A DNA stretch of 64,000 bases from the human T2T-CHM13v2.0 reference genome, Homo sapiens, in assembly GCA_009914755.4 (NCBI GenBank), contig CP068257.2:17344001-17408000 (forward strand), given 5' to 3'. How positions within the stretch are numbered: position 1 is the stretch's first letter; every line of letters begins with the position of its first letter. This document shows, piece after piece, positions 1 to 14,204 of this stretch. A program made the translations under genes and the position numbers. A model generated the notes under the pieces. It was not told the origin of the DNA, ran no database searches, and saw nothing but the letters and a program-made list of their open reading frames with translations.

Positions 1-235
1 CTGTGGTCCCAACCAGAAGTGGACCCAGGACACAAGGACCATTTTCCATACCCCTGTGATTTCATCCCCAATCAATCAGCAGTACACATTCCCTAGCCCC
101 ATGCCCACCAAACTGTCCATAAAACCCTAACTTCCAAGCAGTCTGAGAAAATAATTTGAGTGATAACTCCAGTTCTTGGACATATACCAGGACTTAAGTG
201 AATTAAACTCTTTCTCTACTGCAATGCCATGGTGA
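1..235 (+). mobile_element. Possible 3' portion of an ERV-type LTR, cut by the window edge. It has a CCAAT-like box (ccccaatcaatcagcag), a TATA-like cataaaaccc and a downstream aattaaa.
   Basis: The order of the motifs is typical of a retroviral U3-R. No family could be assigned by eye. Confidence 0.2.
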
Positions 236-2559
236 GGTAATATGGGAAAGAAAGAAAAAGTACAATCATTATATCATCATACTCTTCCTTTGGCAGGAAT
301 TGCATAGTTATACCAGCATTCTTCTCACCTCTTCCCTACTCCCTCTTCCCCTTATCAACTCATGTTGAGTCTGAATACGTACTTGTGAAGGCGTGTAAAC
401 CGGCCCTTTATGCTTTTACAGCCCCTTGTTTCAGACAACCAATGTTCTAATTGCCCATTTTACCTGTCTATCAAATCATTACTCTGAGAAAAATATCACT
501 TTGTCTATTACTGTACATTATTGGCTGAACCATATGTTGCTTGGTCTGAAGAAATGATCATTGGCCTCTGGCTATCCAAATTCATGTAACGTTTAGTGTT
601 CTCTCTCTTTTTTTTTTTTTAATGGCACTCTGAGCATTTTCATCAACCAGTAGGTAAGCAAAGTCCAGTGCAGAATCAATGTCTGTTCCTGTCAAGACCC
701 ATAGGTAACCTCCCAGGGACACCAGCATTAGTCTTACTTGCCAGCTAAGTTACTTGCCAGTATTAGTCTTACTTGCCAGCTATGTTCAGGATATCCCTGC
801 TAGGAAATCTATTCCACAGTTATGTGCAGTCTCTGACTCTCTTGCTGATGAACAGAACAGTTCTTACTGGCATTTGGAGCCTTAGAGGGTACAAGAAGAA
901 CACATCCAGATTCAGCCCATCTCTGCATTGCTGTAGTACCCCCATATGCACTTATTTCATGGATCTAGGTAGTCACTTCAAAGAAGCACATGAGGATATC
1001 TGCTTATCAATTTGAATTACCTTCCAAACCTGGAAGGAGGCTGCTCTGATGGCATGGAAATGTCCTACTCTAATCTGCCACTCCAAGTTCCATGAAGCCA
1101 TGCCCCATACATTTAATAGGCCGGGTTTCCATTGTCCTCCCCTCTGACTGTGTTGATAAGCCATTGACCACCACTCATGAGTCAGTAAAAACCCAAACAC
1201 AGGGGCATTTGTCACTGTTCAATTCTTTAGCATGCTATTCAGCCCACCAAGCTGACTTGTTTTTACTTTTTTATTTTTTTCATCAATGTGTCATCCTTTG
1301 AAACAGAATGTTGTTTATTTACTTTGGAACTGTCTTCTACACACTAAGCAGTTCTTTGCCAGTCAGGTGAGAGGTATTTATAGGACACTGTGCAAGTGAT
1401 GATAGAATCCAGCAACTCCTCATGAAGCTCTAAAATGTGCTCTGGAGAAAAAGAAGCTTTCTGTTACTTAACATCTCTCCTTTGCATTCCCCAGGTAGCA
1501 TGCTCCTGTGTAAACCATTTTTTATTTTACTCTAAAACTCCTTGGGCATTTCTATCCTCATTAGAGCATTTCTCTGACGTTACCCAAGACATCATAAAAA
1601 TTTCCAGTTTCATTATTTAATATGTTTCAGTCCTAGGGGTAGCTTCAGCGATGTTAAGAAAAGACCATGAGATCTGCAAGAAAAAGAGAGAGCTTTACTT
1701 GCTTTAAAAAATTACCTGTAGATTGGGGAAATGCAGCCTGTGGTATAAAAGAAAAATATGCTCCTAAGAACAAATAGAGAGTTTGGCTTAAAATGAAGAA
1801 GTTTCTGTTTAGGTTCTCAGTCAGTTTTATTATGGAAATGAAGTATTCAACTTGGTCTGTTCTAAGTTGTTGAAACAGTCCAACTCTGATTGGGTGGTTT
1901 CCAAGTCCAAAACCAGAAGCCTTTGTCAGATGTTTTCTTTTAAATGGTTGTTGGGGAGCTTCGTAGCAATTTATTTTGGCTCTGGTTGCAGGAACTGTTT
2001 CAGCTCAGAGGTGTAAAACAGAATGTTTGTCTGAGAACCTACAGCGCCTGGCCACTCTTTCTGACTGTGCTATGGCGTCTGGTTCTACTTCTAAATTTAG
2101 AGCATCTCTATTAGCCACAGGGAGTCCATCTCATCCGGAGAGTCTGGGGTCTTAATCTAGAGTTTTATTTTATAATAGCAAGGTAGTAAATTTACCTCAA
2201 GTGGAAATTCTCTAGTTCAAAATCCCGGTAGTCATCACTAGGAGGAACTCACAGGCTTTTGACATAAGATGCAGTTTACATTTCACATAGGGCTATCAAA
2301 CAGAAAATTTGTTTATGCCAGCACTCCAGTTTCTATTTTACGCTCTCTGAGCTTGGGCAATCTTACTGGTTCCCATTTAGCACATTCAATTAATACAGCT
2401 TGAATGGTGGATTTACATGCCTTTTATTTTATGGTACTAGCTAGGTAGGGAAAATATTCCCCAGTCACACATAATATTCATTCCCATAAAGCATTTAGGT
2501 AAGTGAGATACAACTTCTCTATTTAAAGCCTGTTTAACATTCTAACTTTCATAATCCTA

Positions 2560-3600
2560 TTGATAGGGACGGGGGCAGGGAAATTCTAGGCAAAAAACGG
2601 CAGGAACCCAACAAAAACCCACCCCGAAGCCGAAAAGTCTGAAACTGGCCCAAAGTGGGAATTTATATCCCTGTTCTCCTGCTGGAATGTTGTCTTTTCC
2701 TAAACCACCCATGGTCCCGCCCTACACCATCCTGTACCTATACAAACCCCAGACTCAGCCAGTAGACAGGACTATGGTTGGACATTGGAGAGAAGCAGCT
2801 TGATGGCTTAACACCGAAGAAGAATCCAGCCAGAGACAGCCAGACTTCCGGGGAGGGTTACCTACCGACCCTGTCTCCTTCTCAGCTCCCCTTCCTGCCG
2901 AGAGCCACTTTCATTCACAATAAAATCCCCCACATCCACCACCCTTCAATTTATTCGTGCAACCTCATTTTTCCTGGCTGTTGGACAAGAGCGCGGGAGC
3001 CACAGGTGGAGATACAAAAAGCTGTCACATTGGCCCTTTGCCCTTGCTGGCGGAGGGCAGCCGCCTCACACAGAGGCAGAGGGCCCACTGAACTGTTAAC
3101 ACTTAAGCCATCTGCAGATGGCAGAGCAAAAACAGCACTGTAACATGCCCTCTGGGGCTTCGGGAGTTGCAGGCACCCACACCTGGATGCTACAGTGGAG
3201 CCTGAATGTCGTTTGCTTCTGCCAGTGCCCCAAAGCAACAGCTCCAATTCCTGCACCCACTCGCCTGCGCGCTCCCTCAGTGGAGGGGTGGAATGCAGCA
3301 GGTCCAAGTTAATGGAGTTTGATGCCGCTGGTGCTGAGGCAGCTGGCTGCTTCCACTGCTGGTTTACTCCGGTTCCCGCACTTGTTTGCTAGCAAGCTTC
3401 CTCCGGGGAGCTGTTGAGGGCAGAGTGTGAGTAGAGGAGGCACCCCTGTTGAGAGTCCTGCCTAGGAGTCAGGGAAACATACTGCTTTACTATAAACCCG
3501 GGAGCTGTTGAGGGCAGAGTGTGAGTAGAGGAGGCACCCCTGTTGAGAGTCCTGCCTAGGAGTCAGGGAAACATACTGCTTTACTATAAACCCTTACGTT
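2560..3600. mobile_element. GC/CpG-rich LTR/ERV-like block of unassigned family. It contains cacaataaaatccc and has about 25 CpGs per kb inside an AT-rich region.
   Basis: The composition shifts sharply. An AATAAA signal sits in an LTR-like context. CpG retention suggests a relatively young element or an unmethylated one. Confidence 0.3.
3406..3593. repeat. Perfect tandem duplication, two copies of 94 bp. The unit is gggagctgttgagggcagagtgtgagtagaggaggcacccctgttgagagtcctgcctaggagtcagggaaacatactgctttactataaaccc.
   Basis: Copy 1 spans 3406-3499 and copy 2 spans 3500-3593. They are identical base for base. Confidence 0.9.
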
Positions 3601-3980
3601 TTTTTGTATTCTAGTCCCAGGAACTTCTTCATCCTCAGGCCATTTTACCCATTCTTGTGAAAAAGGCTTTGGTTGAGATAAAGGACACTGGCCTGTTTAT
3701 CAATCTTTATCTTGATTAATTTGCCTGACTATTGCCCCAGGCAATTTCAGATCGGATTTCTCATCATAATCTCTGCCTTCTGACTCTTTAAATTTCTCCA
3801 AACTGGGGTAAACATAGCAAAACTTTTTGGAACCCCTTAATGTTGGGGAACCAGCAGGGACTCCCTTTGGTCCACCAAACCTTTGATAGTATTGTGTTAA
3901 GACTTTTGTTTTAACACCATAAACACAATTTTATTTCACTTATCTCATTTTAAAATAAGAATCTAAAGATTTCCAGTCCT

Positions 3981-4358
<378 letters not shown>

Positions 4359-4439
4359 TTATTCAGATTTGTATGTGGAATTTAAATGTGTTATGTATTT
4401 TTTGTACAAATGCATGCTAGCATCCATAGAACAAATGTC

Positions 4440-4760
4440 TTTTTTTTTGATATCTGATCAACTTTTTTTATTTATTTATTTTAATTATACTTTAAGTTCT
4501 GGAGTACATGTGCAGAACGTGCAGGTTTGTTACATAGGTATACACGTGCCATGGTGGTTTGCTGCACCCACCAACCCGTCATCTACATTAGGTATTTCTC
4601 CTAATGCGATGTTCCCCTCCCTATGTCCATGTGTTCTCATTGTTCAACTCCCACTTATGAGTGAGAACATGCGGTGATTGGTTTTCTGTTCCTGTGTTAG
4701 TTTGCTGAGAATGATGGTTTCCACCTTCATCCACGTCCCTGCAAAGGACATGAACTCATG
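4440..4760 (-). mobile_element. 5'-truncated L1PA-type 3' end, comprising 3'UTR plus the last ~100 nt of ORF2, with its poly-A tail seen as a T-run.
   Basis: It matches the reverse complement of the L1 3' terminus (tttaagttctggagtacatgtgcagaacgtgcagg...gtgagaacatgcggtg...catccacgtccctgcaaaggacatgaactcatg). A T-rich tail lies at 4440-4488. Confidence 0.85.
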
Positions 4761-7436
4761 TTTTTTTTTTACTTTTATTAATTTCTTCTTTATACGCCTT
4801 ATGTCTTCATAATTGTTTAATAATTTCCACCTTCTAGAATAAATCCTTTGACTTTCCCTTTGGCCTTTCTCCACTCTCTTGTTAATCACTCTAATGTTTT
4901 CAGCAGCATCTGTAAGATCCATGAGGGAAATCTGAAACAACAAATCTGACAAGGCTTCCTAAACTATCCTTCTGTTTTGCAACAGCAAGATTAAATGAGG
5001 CATCCATGTTAAAGGGGCAACCTTAATCACAGCATTTGCCATAAAAGGCGTATTCAGCAGGTGAATATTTTGGTCACCATAAATTCAGTCCCACATAGCT
5101 TGCATGTGAAACGTATCAGCTAATTCATCTAAGGCGTTCCACTTGGCATTTACACAGGGAGTCAAAAAATCTCCCTTCTCCTGGTAAACAGATGTTCTAG
5201 TGGCTTTTTTTTTTTCAGTCCACTAGGCTGGTAACTCCCTCAAGAATAACCTCTATGTGTCTGGATTGTGTGTAACTATATTTGATTGTTCCATGGTGAG
5301 CAGTGGGGTTTGCATCAACCCAAACATGCTCTTTCAACTCTGCAGCCTATAAAACCAAAAGCACTGCTCCTAAATTAGATTGTCTCACAATCAATTTTAG
5401 TAAATGTTCCTGAGGAAGCTGATGAAATATATCTACAAAATAAAACAATTTCTTCATGCTATACCCTCTGGTTTCAATATACTACTCCCCTAAAAAAAAC
5501 AGGGTTCCTTCACTTAGTGAGTAACAGATGACTCTCCATGAGAAGACAGGTTTTGATCAATAGGGATTTTATTACTTGGAACAGGTAAGGAGGACACTGA
5601 AAGTATTATTCAATTCAAGGCGCTGTGTCTCTGAGAGAAAGTGACAGAAGGGTTTTATGGGGTGATGGAGAGGAGGGAGGGTGAATCATTGCATGTAGAG
5701 AAGAGGTCCCAGTGTCGAAGATGTGGTGAGTCGTTATGCCAGCACGTAGGTCAGATGTTATAATAATGAAGCCCCCGTCCCTCCCAGGGTGGAGATTTTA
5801 GCATGGTAATGAGGAAAGTTTATGTGGGTTAATCTATAAATTGCTGGAATCCGTCAGGAGCCGGTTTGAACCAACTAGGTGACCACATTCCACACAGGGT
5901 TTTGAAAAAGCAAGACTGCAAAGCAGGAGGCTGTAGAACAGGCTGATTGCTCAAGGTTATTAAATTCCTGTACCCTGGAGACCCTCCCTGTCTGCTTAAA
6001 AAAATGTTTCTTGGTTTTGTCCTTTACTCACATTGACTATTTTCTTGATAACCACAGGTTCTAGAAGTACTTGCTTTTGTCCCTGCATAAATTTGCCCTC
6101 GGGGAATTTTGCCGAAGTTCAGACTGGCTGAAATATGAGCTCGGTATAGCATCAAGTTTTGACCCAGCACTCTCTTTTAACTTCATTTTAGCTATTGCAG
6201 AAAACAATAACAAAGAGGCTGAATATTTCACTGTTTTCTTATTAGTTTGCATTTCCCTATGTGCCCAGTGAACCAGCTCTGTGGGAGTTTGATCCATCAC
6301 TAAATTCCATGGTAACTTTTACCTTTAGTAACTTCTTGTAGCACAACTGTGGCTCCATACCATGGCTGGCCAGATAGTCCACGAAGTACCAAAGGTTTTC
6401 TCCTGCCCTACCCACTCATCCTTTCTCTTGCCGAGCCACAGTTTTCTGTGAGCCAGGGCCATTTTAACAACTTCTGATTCACTGATACCAATTTTGAATT
6501 TGTGAACACCCAAAGTGTTGTATCACTCTTAGAATTTGTTCAGTAACTAAATGAGAAAAAACAAATGTTTTGTTAAAATAAGGAGAGCATGATTAGCATA
6601 AAGTTTCATGTGTCTATCTAGGAGTAAACAACGTAGAGTAGTAATGATCATAAACGAATAAGGTGAATGAAAATATGATTTTCTTTTCATTGGCAAATAA
6701 ATAAATTTAGAAAGATACATGTGAAAGTCAGAAAAATGTTCATTAGTATTGACAAGAAGGGCAATTAATTTGAAAGAGGGAAATATAACTAGTTTATTTG
6801 TGTTTTTAAATCTGTTATGTCTTTAAAAATAAAAGACCATGCAAAAATAAAGCATTTGTTTTGGAAAGGCAGTCAATTTAACCACAAAGATTAAATGGGG
6901 TTGTATAATAATCAATTGAATTAAAAAATTCTTGTGTCTACAATACTAAGCTTCATCATAGAAAGATAATACATAACTACTCTGATTTCAAAAGAAAGTG
7001 ATATGACTATGAGATGCAGTTGTTAAGACCATTTGGATTGAAAATTCTTCTTCAAAGTGTCAAGTCAGTCACATTATCTATTTCCTAGGAGCCCATGTGG
7101 AAATCATAGAAAACAGACATTTGGATTTGGGATTCCACGTATCCCCCAGCTTTTGACCTCCTGGTTCCAAGCTACTACTTTTATTATGGCACCCATATGG
7201 ACTACAAAAGTGTACTAGACAGACAGGCTTTCTATATTTGGTTTTTACATTGTCTGGGTTCCATCTCTGTGAATCTCTGGTCTCATTATACCTCATGGGC
7301 TTTTTTTCTTCTATTGACTAAAGATTTTTCTGTTGTTGTTTATTTTTCAGGGTTGTTATGTCCCTCCATTGCCTCTCAGCTGTTACTACTTTTCTTTTAG
7401 TATCTTCCTTGGCCTAGCCTATAGTTAGAGTTAGTC

Positions 7437-7700
7437 ACACTGTAGAATATTTTAAAAATGAAAATAAAGAAATACAAAAAATAAAAATAAAAATTTCTAC
7501 TACTTGGAAAATGTATCTTGAGCACATTTAAATTAAATTCAATTAGAATTTTAAATACAATTTTATTAATTTAGATTAATTATATTAAATCAAATTAATA
7601 AAATGTGTTAAAATTAAAAGTTTTTAAAATATTAATCTATATTTATTATATTTCAGTTAAATATATTCTATTTATCTAAATAGATCCAACTGGGTCTACT
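7437..7700. repeat. Extremely AT-rich low-complexity block, estimated above 85% A+T, with repeated aaat, ttaa and attaa motifs.
   Basis: Direct inspection of the sequence. Confidence 0.7.
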
Positions 7701-8100
7701 CTATCCATATGGGACTAGAATCCATCATCCTAACCGTTTTGCTATGGTTCCTCTCCAAACATACATATATAGGTTATCCTTTGTATATGCTCCATATATT
7801 ACATCATGCATGTATTCATTATGCCCAAATATGGAAAAGAAATGGTTATACTGACAGAGACTAATTATTTTGAACTGCATTGATAAAAATATATTAACAA
7901 GAAGAAAAGCTGTAGATGAAAACAGAATACTGGTCAAATTCTTCCTGGAATCAAGTCTCAATCTTTGACCCTCACATAGTGAAAAGAAATGTACTGAAAG
8001 CTGGGTAATCAGGATTGAGAGGACTTTCTTTGTATTTACTAGTTTCTTTGCCTGGAATATTTTTCCACAGCTAACTCGATGCCTGGCTCCTTCCGTGCTG

Positions 8101-8437
<337 letters not shown>

Positions 8438-9487
8438 TAGATACGCTCTCCTGATCTAAAGCAGTCGTGATCCAAAGCATCCCGTGTCCTGCTCTGGCTT
8501 CATTGTTCTCTATTCAGAGTCTCGGTTATGTGCTTCAGAGAACTTACTAGCATTTTCAGCAACAGTATTTCTTTGTTTCTTTGTGCTCTATCACTATCAG
8601 AAGAATGTACATTCATTAGGTGAGGAATCACATCTATCTTGTTTACGGTTGTATCCCAGAACATAACATGAGTTGTTTTTTTTTTTAAAAAAAAGCATTA
8701 CTAAATTTTTTTTTTAATAAAGGCACAAGAAAGTCAAAGTTAAATAAAATATAGAAAAGAACCTCTAAATGTAAAATGTTTTATTTCAGGAAGCAAGAAT
8801 TGCAATTCAGGCCATCCATGTAGACCAGGTAGTTTTTTGTATGTCTGAAGAACAAACAGAAATTCAGAGGTCTTATATAAAAAGATAAATGTTATATATT
8901 ATTCTTCAAGAAAGTTCATTGGTACTAGTAAAGTTTTGGGGAGCTAGTAAGTTCTAACTGGTAAGTGACTGTGGTGGGCAAAACTATACTTGGAATTGCA
9001 GTAGGTTGTTTCAGTAGCTATTAGATAATCAAGATTTAATAAAAATGAAATAAATATCAATGCCTTAATATTAATGAATATAGAGCTAATTTGTAATTAT
9101 TAATTAATTTTATATTATTAATATAGTATTTTGATGTTGAATTAATTATGATGAGTGATTACAAGTACAAGGAGAAATTTTGACCTTCATTGAACAATAA
9201 TTGTGTATTGAAGTACCTTGAAAGGCAACTTCCTTAACTGGAAAGAAAAATGCCTTTAACCACAGAAGCTGTGAGAATGAGGAGATACAAAAACATAGGC
9301 AAGGTAGTACTTAATTTCTGAATCCCAAAATAGTACTACAATTGGCAAGGTTTGGAACCTCGGACAAGTTATTTAACCTTGGAATTTCAATTTTATGTCT
9401 GTAAAATGGTAATAAAACCATTCACATCTCACAAGTTGATGAGTGCTGTAGGTATATCATTTTGAAATGCATTATTAAGATATCAAT

Positions 9488-9948
<461 letters not shown>

Positions 9949-10060
9949 AAAAAGAAAAAGAAAGAATGAAAGAAAGAACAAAAGAAAGAAAGGAAGGAAG
10001 GAAAGAAGGAAGGAAGGAAGGAGAAAAAAGGGGGAGGAGGAGGAGGAAGGAGGAGAAAGA
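9949..10060. repeat. (GAAA)n/(GGAA)n/(GGAGGA)n purine-rich microsatellite that grew out of the Alu A-tail.
   Basis: Reads aaagaaagaatgaaagaaag...ggaaggaaggaaagaaggaaggaaggaaggag...ggaggaggaggaggaagg. Confidence 0.9.
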
Positions 10061-10097
10061 ATTGCACAGCTGGTCGAGATTTTGTTCAGCTCTGGAA

Positions 10098-10350
<253 letters not shown>

Positions 10351-11814
10351 TAATTCATGCAAAAAGAATAGACAAATATGCTATGTCTGTCGGGTGAATA
10401 TACAGTATTTTATCAGATAGTACAAGAAATTAAAAGTGACCACTGCAGCTTATTATGTCTGAAGTGCATTGTCTCTTCTAAATGCAAGTTGCCTTGGTGG
10501 CAGATTATATCTAGGCTTGTGCCAAGAAGGGGGAAAAAAGAAAACACCAATTCATGTTTCTAACGCAGAAATTTTCTGTGATGGTATTACTGAAACACCA
10601 GGGGTTCAGTGTAGGTCCTGCCACTTGCTGCATAGAAAGCCAATCACTGAGACAAAAATCACTGCCAAGGAAGAAGGCTTTAACGGGGTGCTGCAGCCAA
10701 GGAGATGGGAGTTCAGTCTCAAATCTATCTCCTTGAAGGACTAAAATTAGGGGTTCACACAGCACGGAAAAAGTGTAATAATTTGTTAGAAAACAAGAAC
10801 TAGTGTGTGATAAGGAAACAAAATGTGGGATCCCAGTATCTCATTGTCTGGATGCAGTGATCTCGTGAGTTTCAGACCTTGATACTTTTTGAGAGATCTA
10901 GGGGGTCGTTTCTTGAGGATGAAACTCAGATAAAATAAATGTAAGTTTCAAGCTTTAAGACTGGAGGAGTCAATTTCTATGTTTATCCAAAAGAGCTGTG
11001 TATGGGACTGTTGGATCAGTTTCAAGGCTTGAGCTAAAAAAAACCTATTGAAACTCTTCTGAATCTTCCTATATGCTTCTTCTGGGGATGATCATTGAAA
11101 TCAATATATATTTCTTCTAAACAAAAGGGAAAGCACAGTTCTTACTTTTCAAAATATCTTTGGATAAATGTATATAGTTGAAATGCTGTCTCACATTCAC
11201 TACTTCGAATTAAGAAATAACACTGCATTAAGCTCTAATAATTAAACAAAACAAAACAAAATATAGTGACCATATTATCTAGTTACTTTTCATGAAAATA
11301 ATGTTTAAACATAACCTATTTTTACATCAAGAAATTTTATCTAATATCACTTTGGTTCTAGTTTTACATTTGCCTGTGAAGATCACAATGCATCATTTAT
11401 TCTTCCAGAAGCTATCTGATTTTGAAGTAACAAAATGATTTTCTGAGAATCCAAATACAAAAGCTTAAGTGTGGGTAAAATGTTTGCATATATATTTGAA
11501 CATACTTGTTATGTATGTTGGTGTACTAAGACAAGGGCAAATGTAGTTTGTTTGTATTCAAACTGCAAAACGTACACAAATTACCAAGATACCCATAATA
11601 AAATACCTCTTTGACTTTTCTGATGGTTTAGTTTATAATAAATTTTCAATGAAATATTTTGTAAAAAATTAAAATAGATATGAAAGTAGCTTGATATAAA
11701 CTGAATATTGTAAAAAGTGTTTTTGCAATTTTCTGCTAGTTTATATATTTAAAAAATTTCATATTCTTAATTATTGTATTTTAAAGATCACATTTCTCCA
11801 TACATGAAAATAGA

Positions 11815-11925
11815 AACCAAGTGAGTGTGTATATGTATTCATTTAGCTTTTGTATACATATGTACACATATACACATATACAGTTATATATGTGCATATA
11901 TACATGTGTGTGTCTGTGTGTAACA
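11815..11925. repeat. Imperfect (TG)n/(TA)n/(CA)n compound simple repeat.
   Basis: Reads gtgtgtatatgtattc...acatatacacatatacag...catgtgtgtgtctgtgtg. Confidence 0.6.
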
Positions 11926-12967
11926 AGATAATAGATTAAATGAAGAGGAATATGGCATACTATTGGTTAATAAGTATATTTATATTGTGTGTTTAATAGG
12001 AAGTCTTACATATAAATTCTATGTTCTTAAAGATGTCAGAATAACCATTATAAGTCATAAACTGTCACTTTTTTTACAAAGTTGTTAAGATGAAATTGAA
12101 TGCTTTTGCACAAATATCTCAGCCCTGAAGAGCGTTATGTTTTCAATGAGTTTTAAAAATTTTTTAGTCATCTTTCCTATAGAGCTGAAGAATAAGCCCC
12201 AGTATCATTCTGAACGGCTGTTTTATGGTATTTATTTAATTGGTACTCTAAGGAATTCAGCTTTTGAACAGTGAAATTTTCACTCATGATGTTTATTTAT
12301 TGAATGCCAAATGTATCATAAACTATTCCAGAGACAAAGTGATTTTCCTATAAAATTAATATTTAAAATATTGAAAGCTTTGATAATTAATTCATCATTG
12401 TAACTTACATATATACTTTTTATTAACTAAAATTTTATCTCTCAACTCCCAAATTATAACTTGTTATTCTTCCATCCGTTCTTCTGAAAGAAAGCACTTG
12501 GTTTAACACAGCTCCATAAATAATTTTTTCCAATAGTAATCTGTTCAACATTTTTAAGTTGACAACCAAAATATTGATGTTATAGCTGCCTTCACTAATA
12601 TGACTTATGATTCTGTAAAAGCCTCACTTGATTTATAGAAGATACTTCAACTTCCATTAAATCTTCCTTTAATGATCCTGAGTTCTATCTTTTTTGTAAG
12701 AGCATCACAATTTCTAAACAAAGCTAGGTACAAATGTCTGAGGAGGCCAACCATTATTTCCTCAGAGTTACGGGAAGATAGTTTTTTTTTCTTTTTTCAA
12801 TGTGCTGCCTTTTGGAGCAACAATTAATTTGATATTTGAAGTTCTTTGGCCAGAATGTTAATGCTTCATGCATTATAAAGTGTTGCATATTTATTTCTCT
12901 TTAATAGATACCAAAAGAAAGTAAATACATTTAAATAATTAAAATTTCTTGTAAGATTTTTTACTAT

Positions 12968-13335
12968 GGTTTAAATGTGTCCCCCAAAGTTCATGTATTG
13001 GAAACTTAATCCTCAATGTAACAGTCTTCGGAGCTAGGACTTAATAAGAGGTGATTAATGTATGAGGGCTCTACCCTTACAAATAGATTAATGTTATCAT
13101 GAGAGTGAATTAGTTATCATATAAGTAGGCTTGTTATAAAAGTTGGACCTTTCACTCTGTTGCTCCTTTATCTTTCCCCATAGAATGATGCAGCACGAAA
13201 GCCACCACCAGATGCTGGGGCCATGCTCTTGGACTTCTCAGCCTCGAGAACCATGAGCCAAATAAAATTCTATTGTTTATAAACTACCCAATCTCGAGTG
13301 TTGTTACAGTCATACAAAACAGATGAAGACATTGC
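12968..13335 (+). mobile_element. MaLR-family (ERVL-MaLR, MST/MLT1-like) solo LTR.
   Basis: Diagnostic MaLR LTR motifs are present: tgtgtcccccaaagttcat...ggtgattaatgtatgagggct...ttggacttctcagcctcgagaaccatgagccaaataaaattctattgtttataaactacccaatctc. Confidence 0.65.
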
Positions 13336-14204
13336 TGAATTGTTTTTGTTTTTTATTCTTTCCTTTATTTTTTCTCCCATTACCTGGTATTATTATTAGG
13401 CTCCATAATTCAGTGTAGTATTGTTATATTTACTAAAAAGCATATATTTGATCATATGCTAGCTAAAGGATTCTAGATATATTAGAATATAAAATTTAAA
13501 ACTTTTACTTTTGGTGATCAATTCTATCAAAAAACTAATAATCATACATAATTCTCATGGAAAATATTTTTCACCAAAAAATTCTTTTGTTTCAAATTAG
13601 TTCTCTAATATCAAACATGCATACCTAAATAATGAACTTATTTTACACCTCTCCATTTTAGTGATTTACAAACTACATAATAGAAAATAAATCCTCACTT
13701 AATATTGTCAGTAGGTTCTTAGACATTGTGACTTTAAGTGAAACAACGTATAAAATAACTACTTGTTTTTCATGAGTGTTATAGAAAATGAAGTTGAAGA
13801 TAAAGATGTCCTTTGAGGACATGCTGCATATTTTTTCTTTCAAAGTTTCAGTTTCCAAGAAGCTATCAATGGTGTTAAATAAAGAATTGCTGTATTTAAT
13901 TTAATCAGTGCTTTCCTGTGTTGGAAAGGGGTTTTGAGACACTATTTCATTCCGTTCACCCTCTTGCTCTCTGTACCTATTTTCTTGGATTTCTCAGTAT
14001 ATAACATTGTGAATAAAACTGGAATAAATTAAATGACACCTCAATAAAAATATTTGTTCCCCAAAAACTGATATTTCTGTAGAAAATACTTGTTATTTTA
14101 GTTACATTTTTAAAACAAAGTGTAAATAATAACTTCCTAGGTGCTGGCACTCTTGATACTCTTTACTCTGCTCTGATTGTTCCAAAGTGTATATGCTATA
14201 GTCA

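Noticed and set aside
720-790. A triple occurrence of ttacttgccag in a ~17-bp period (attagtcttacttgccagcta occurs twice).
   Set aside because: It is a very short local duplication of about 60 bp total. I noted it but it falls below the threshold of interest.
2778-3392. A cluster of 64-121 aa ORFs on both strands in the GC-rich block, which might suggest a first exon or CpG-island gene.
   Set aside because: The ORFs overlap each other in several frames. This is typical of GC-rich non-coding DNA where stop codons are rare. They have Pro/Ala/Arg/Ser-biased composition and no Kozak ATG. The region contains an AATAAA in an LTR-like arrangement.
3406-3593. Whether the perfect tandem repeats at 3406-3593 or 9488-9634 could be a CRISPR array, since the task lists CRISPR.
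   Set aside because: Each has only two adjacent copies with no unique spacers between them. The genome is clearly primate (Alu, L1HS and MaLR), and CRISPR does not occur in eukaryotic nuclear DNA.
5480-6000. A moderately CpG-containing segment (…ggcgctgtgtctctgag…gtcgaagatgtggtgagtcgttatgcc…cccgtccctcccagggtggag…) that feels LTR-like.
   Set aside because: I could not match it to any consensus from memory or find defining termini, TG…CA ends or a TSD. It is left unannotated rather than guessed. RepeatMasker would settle it.
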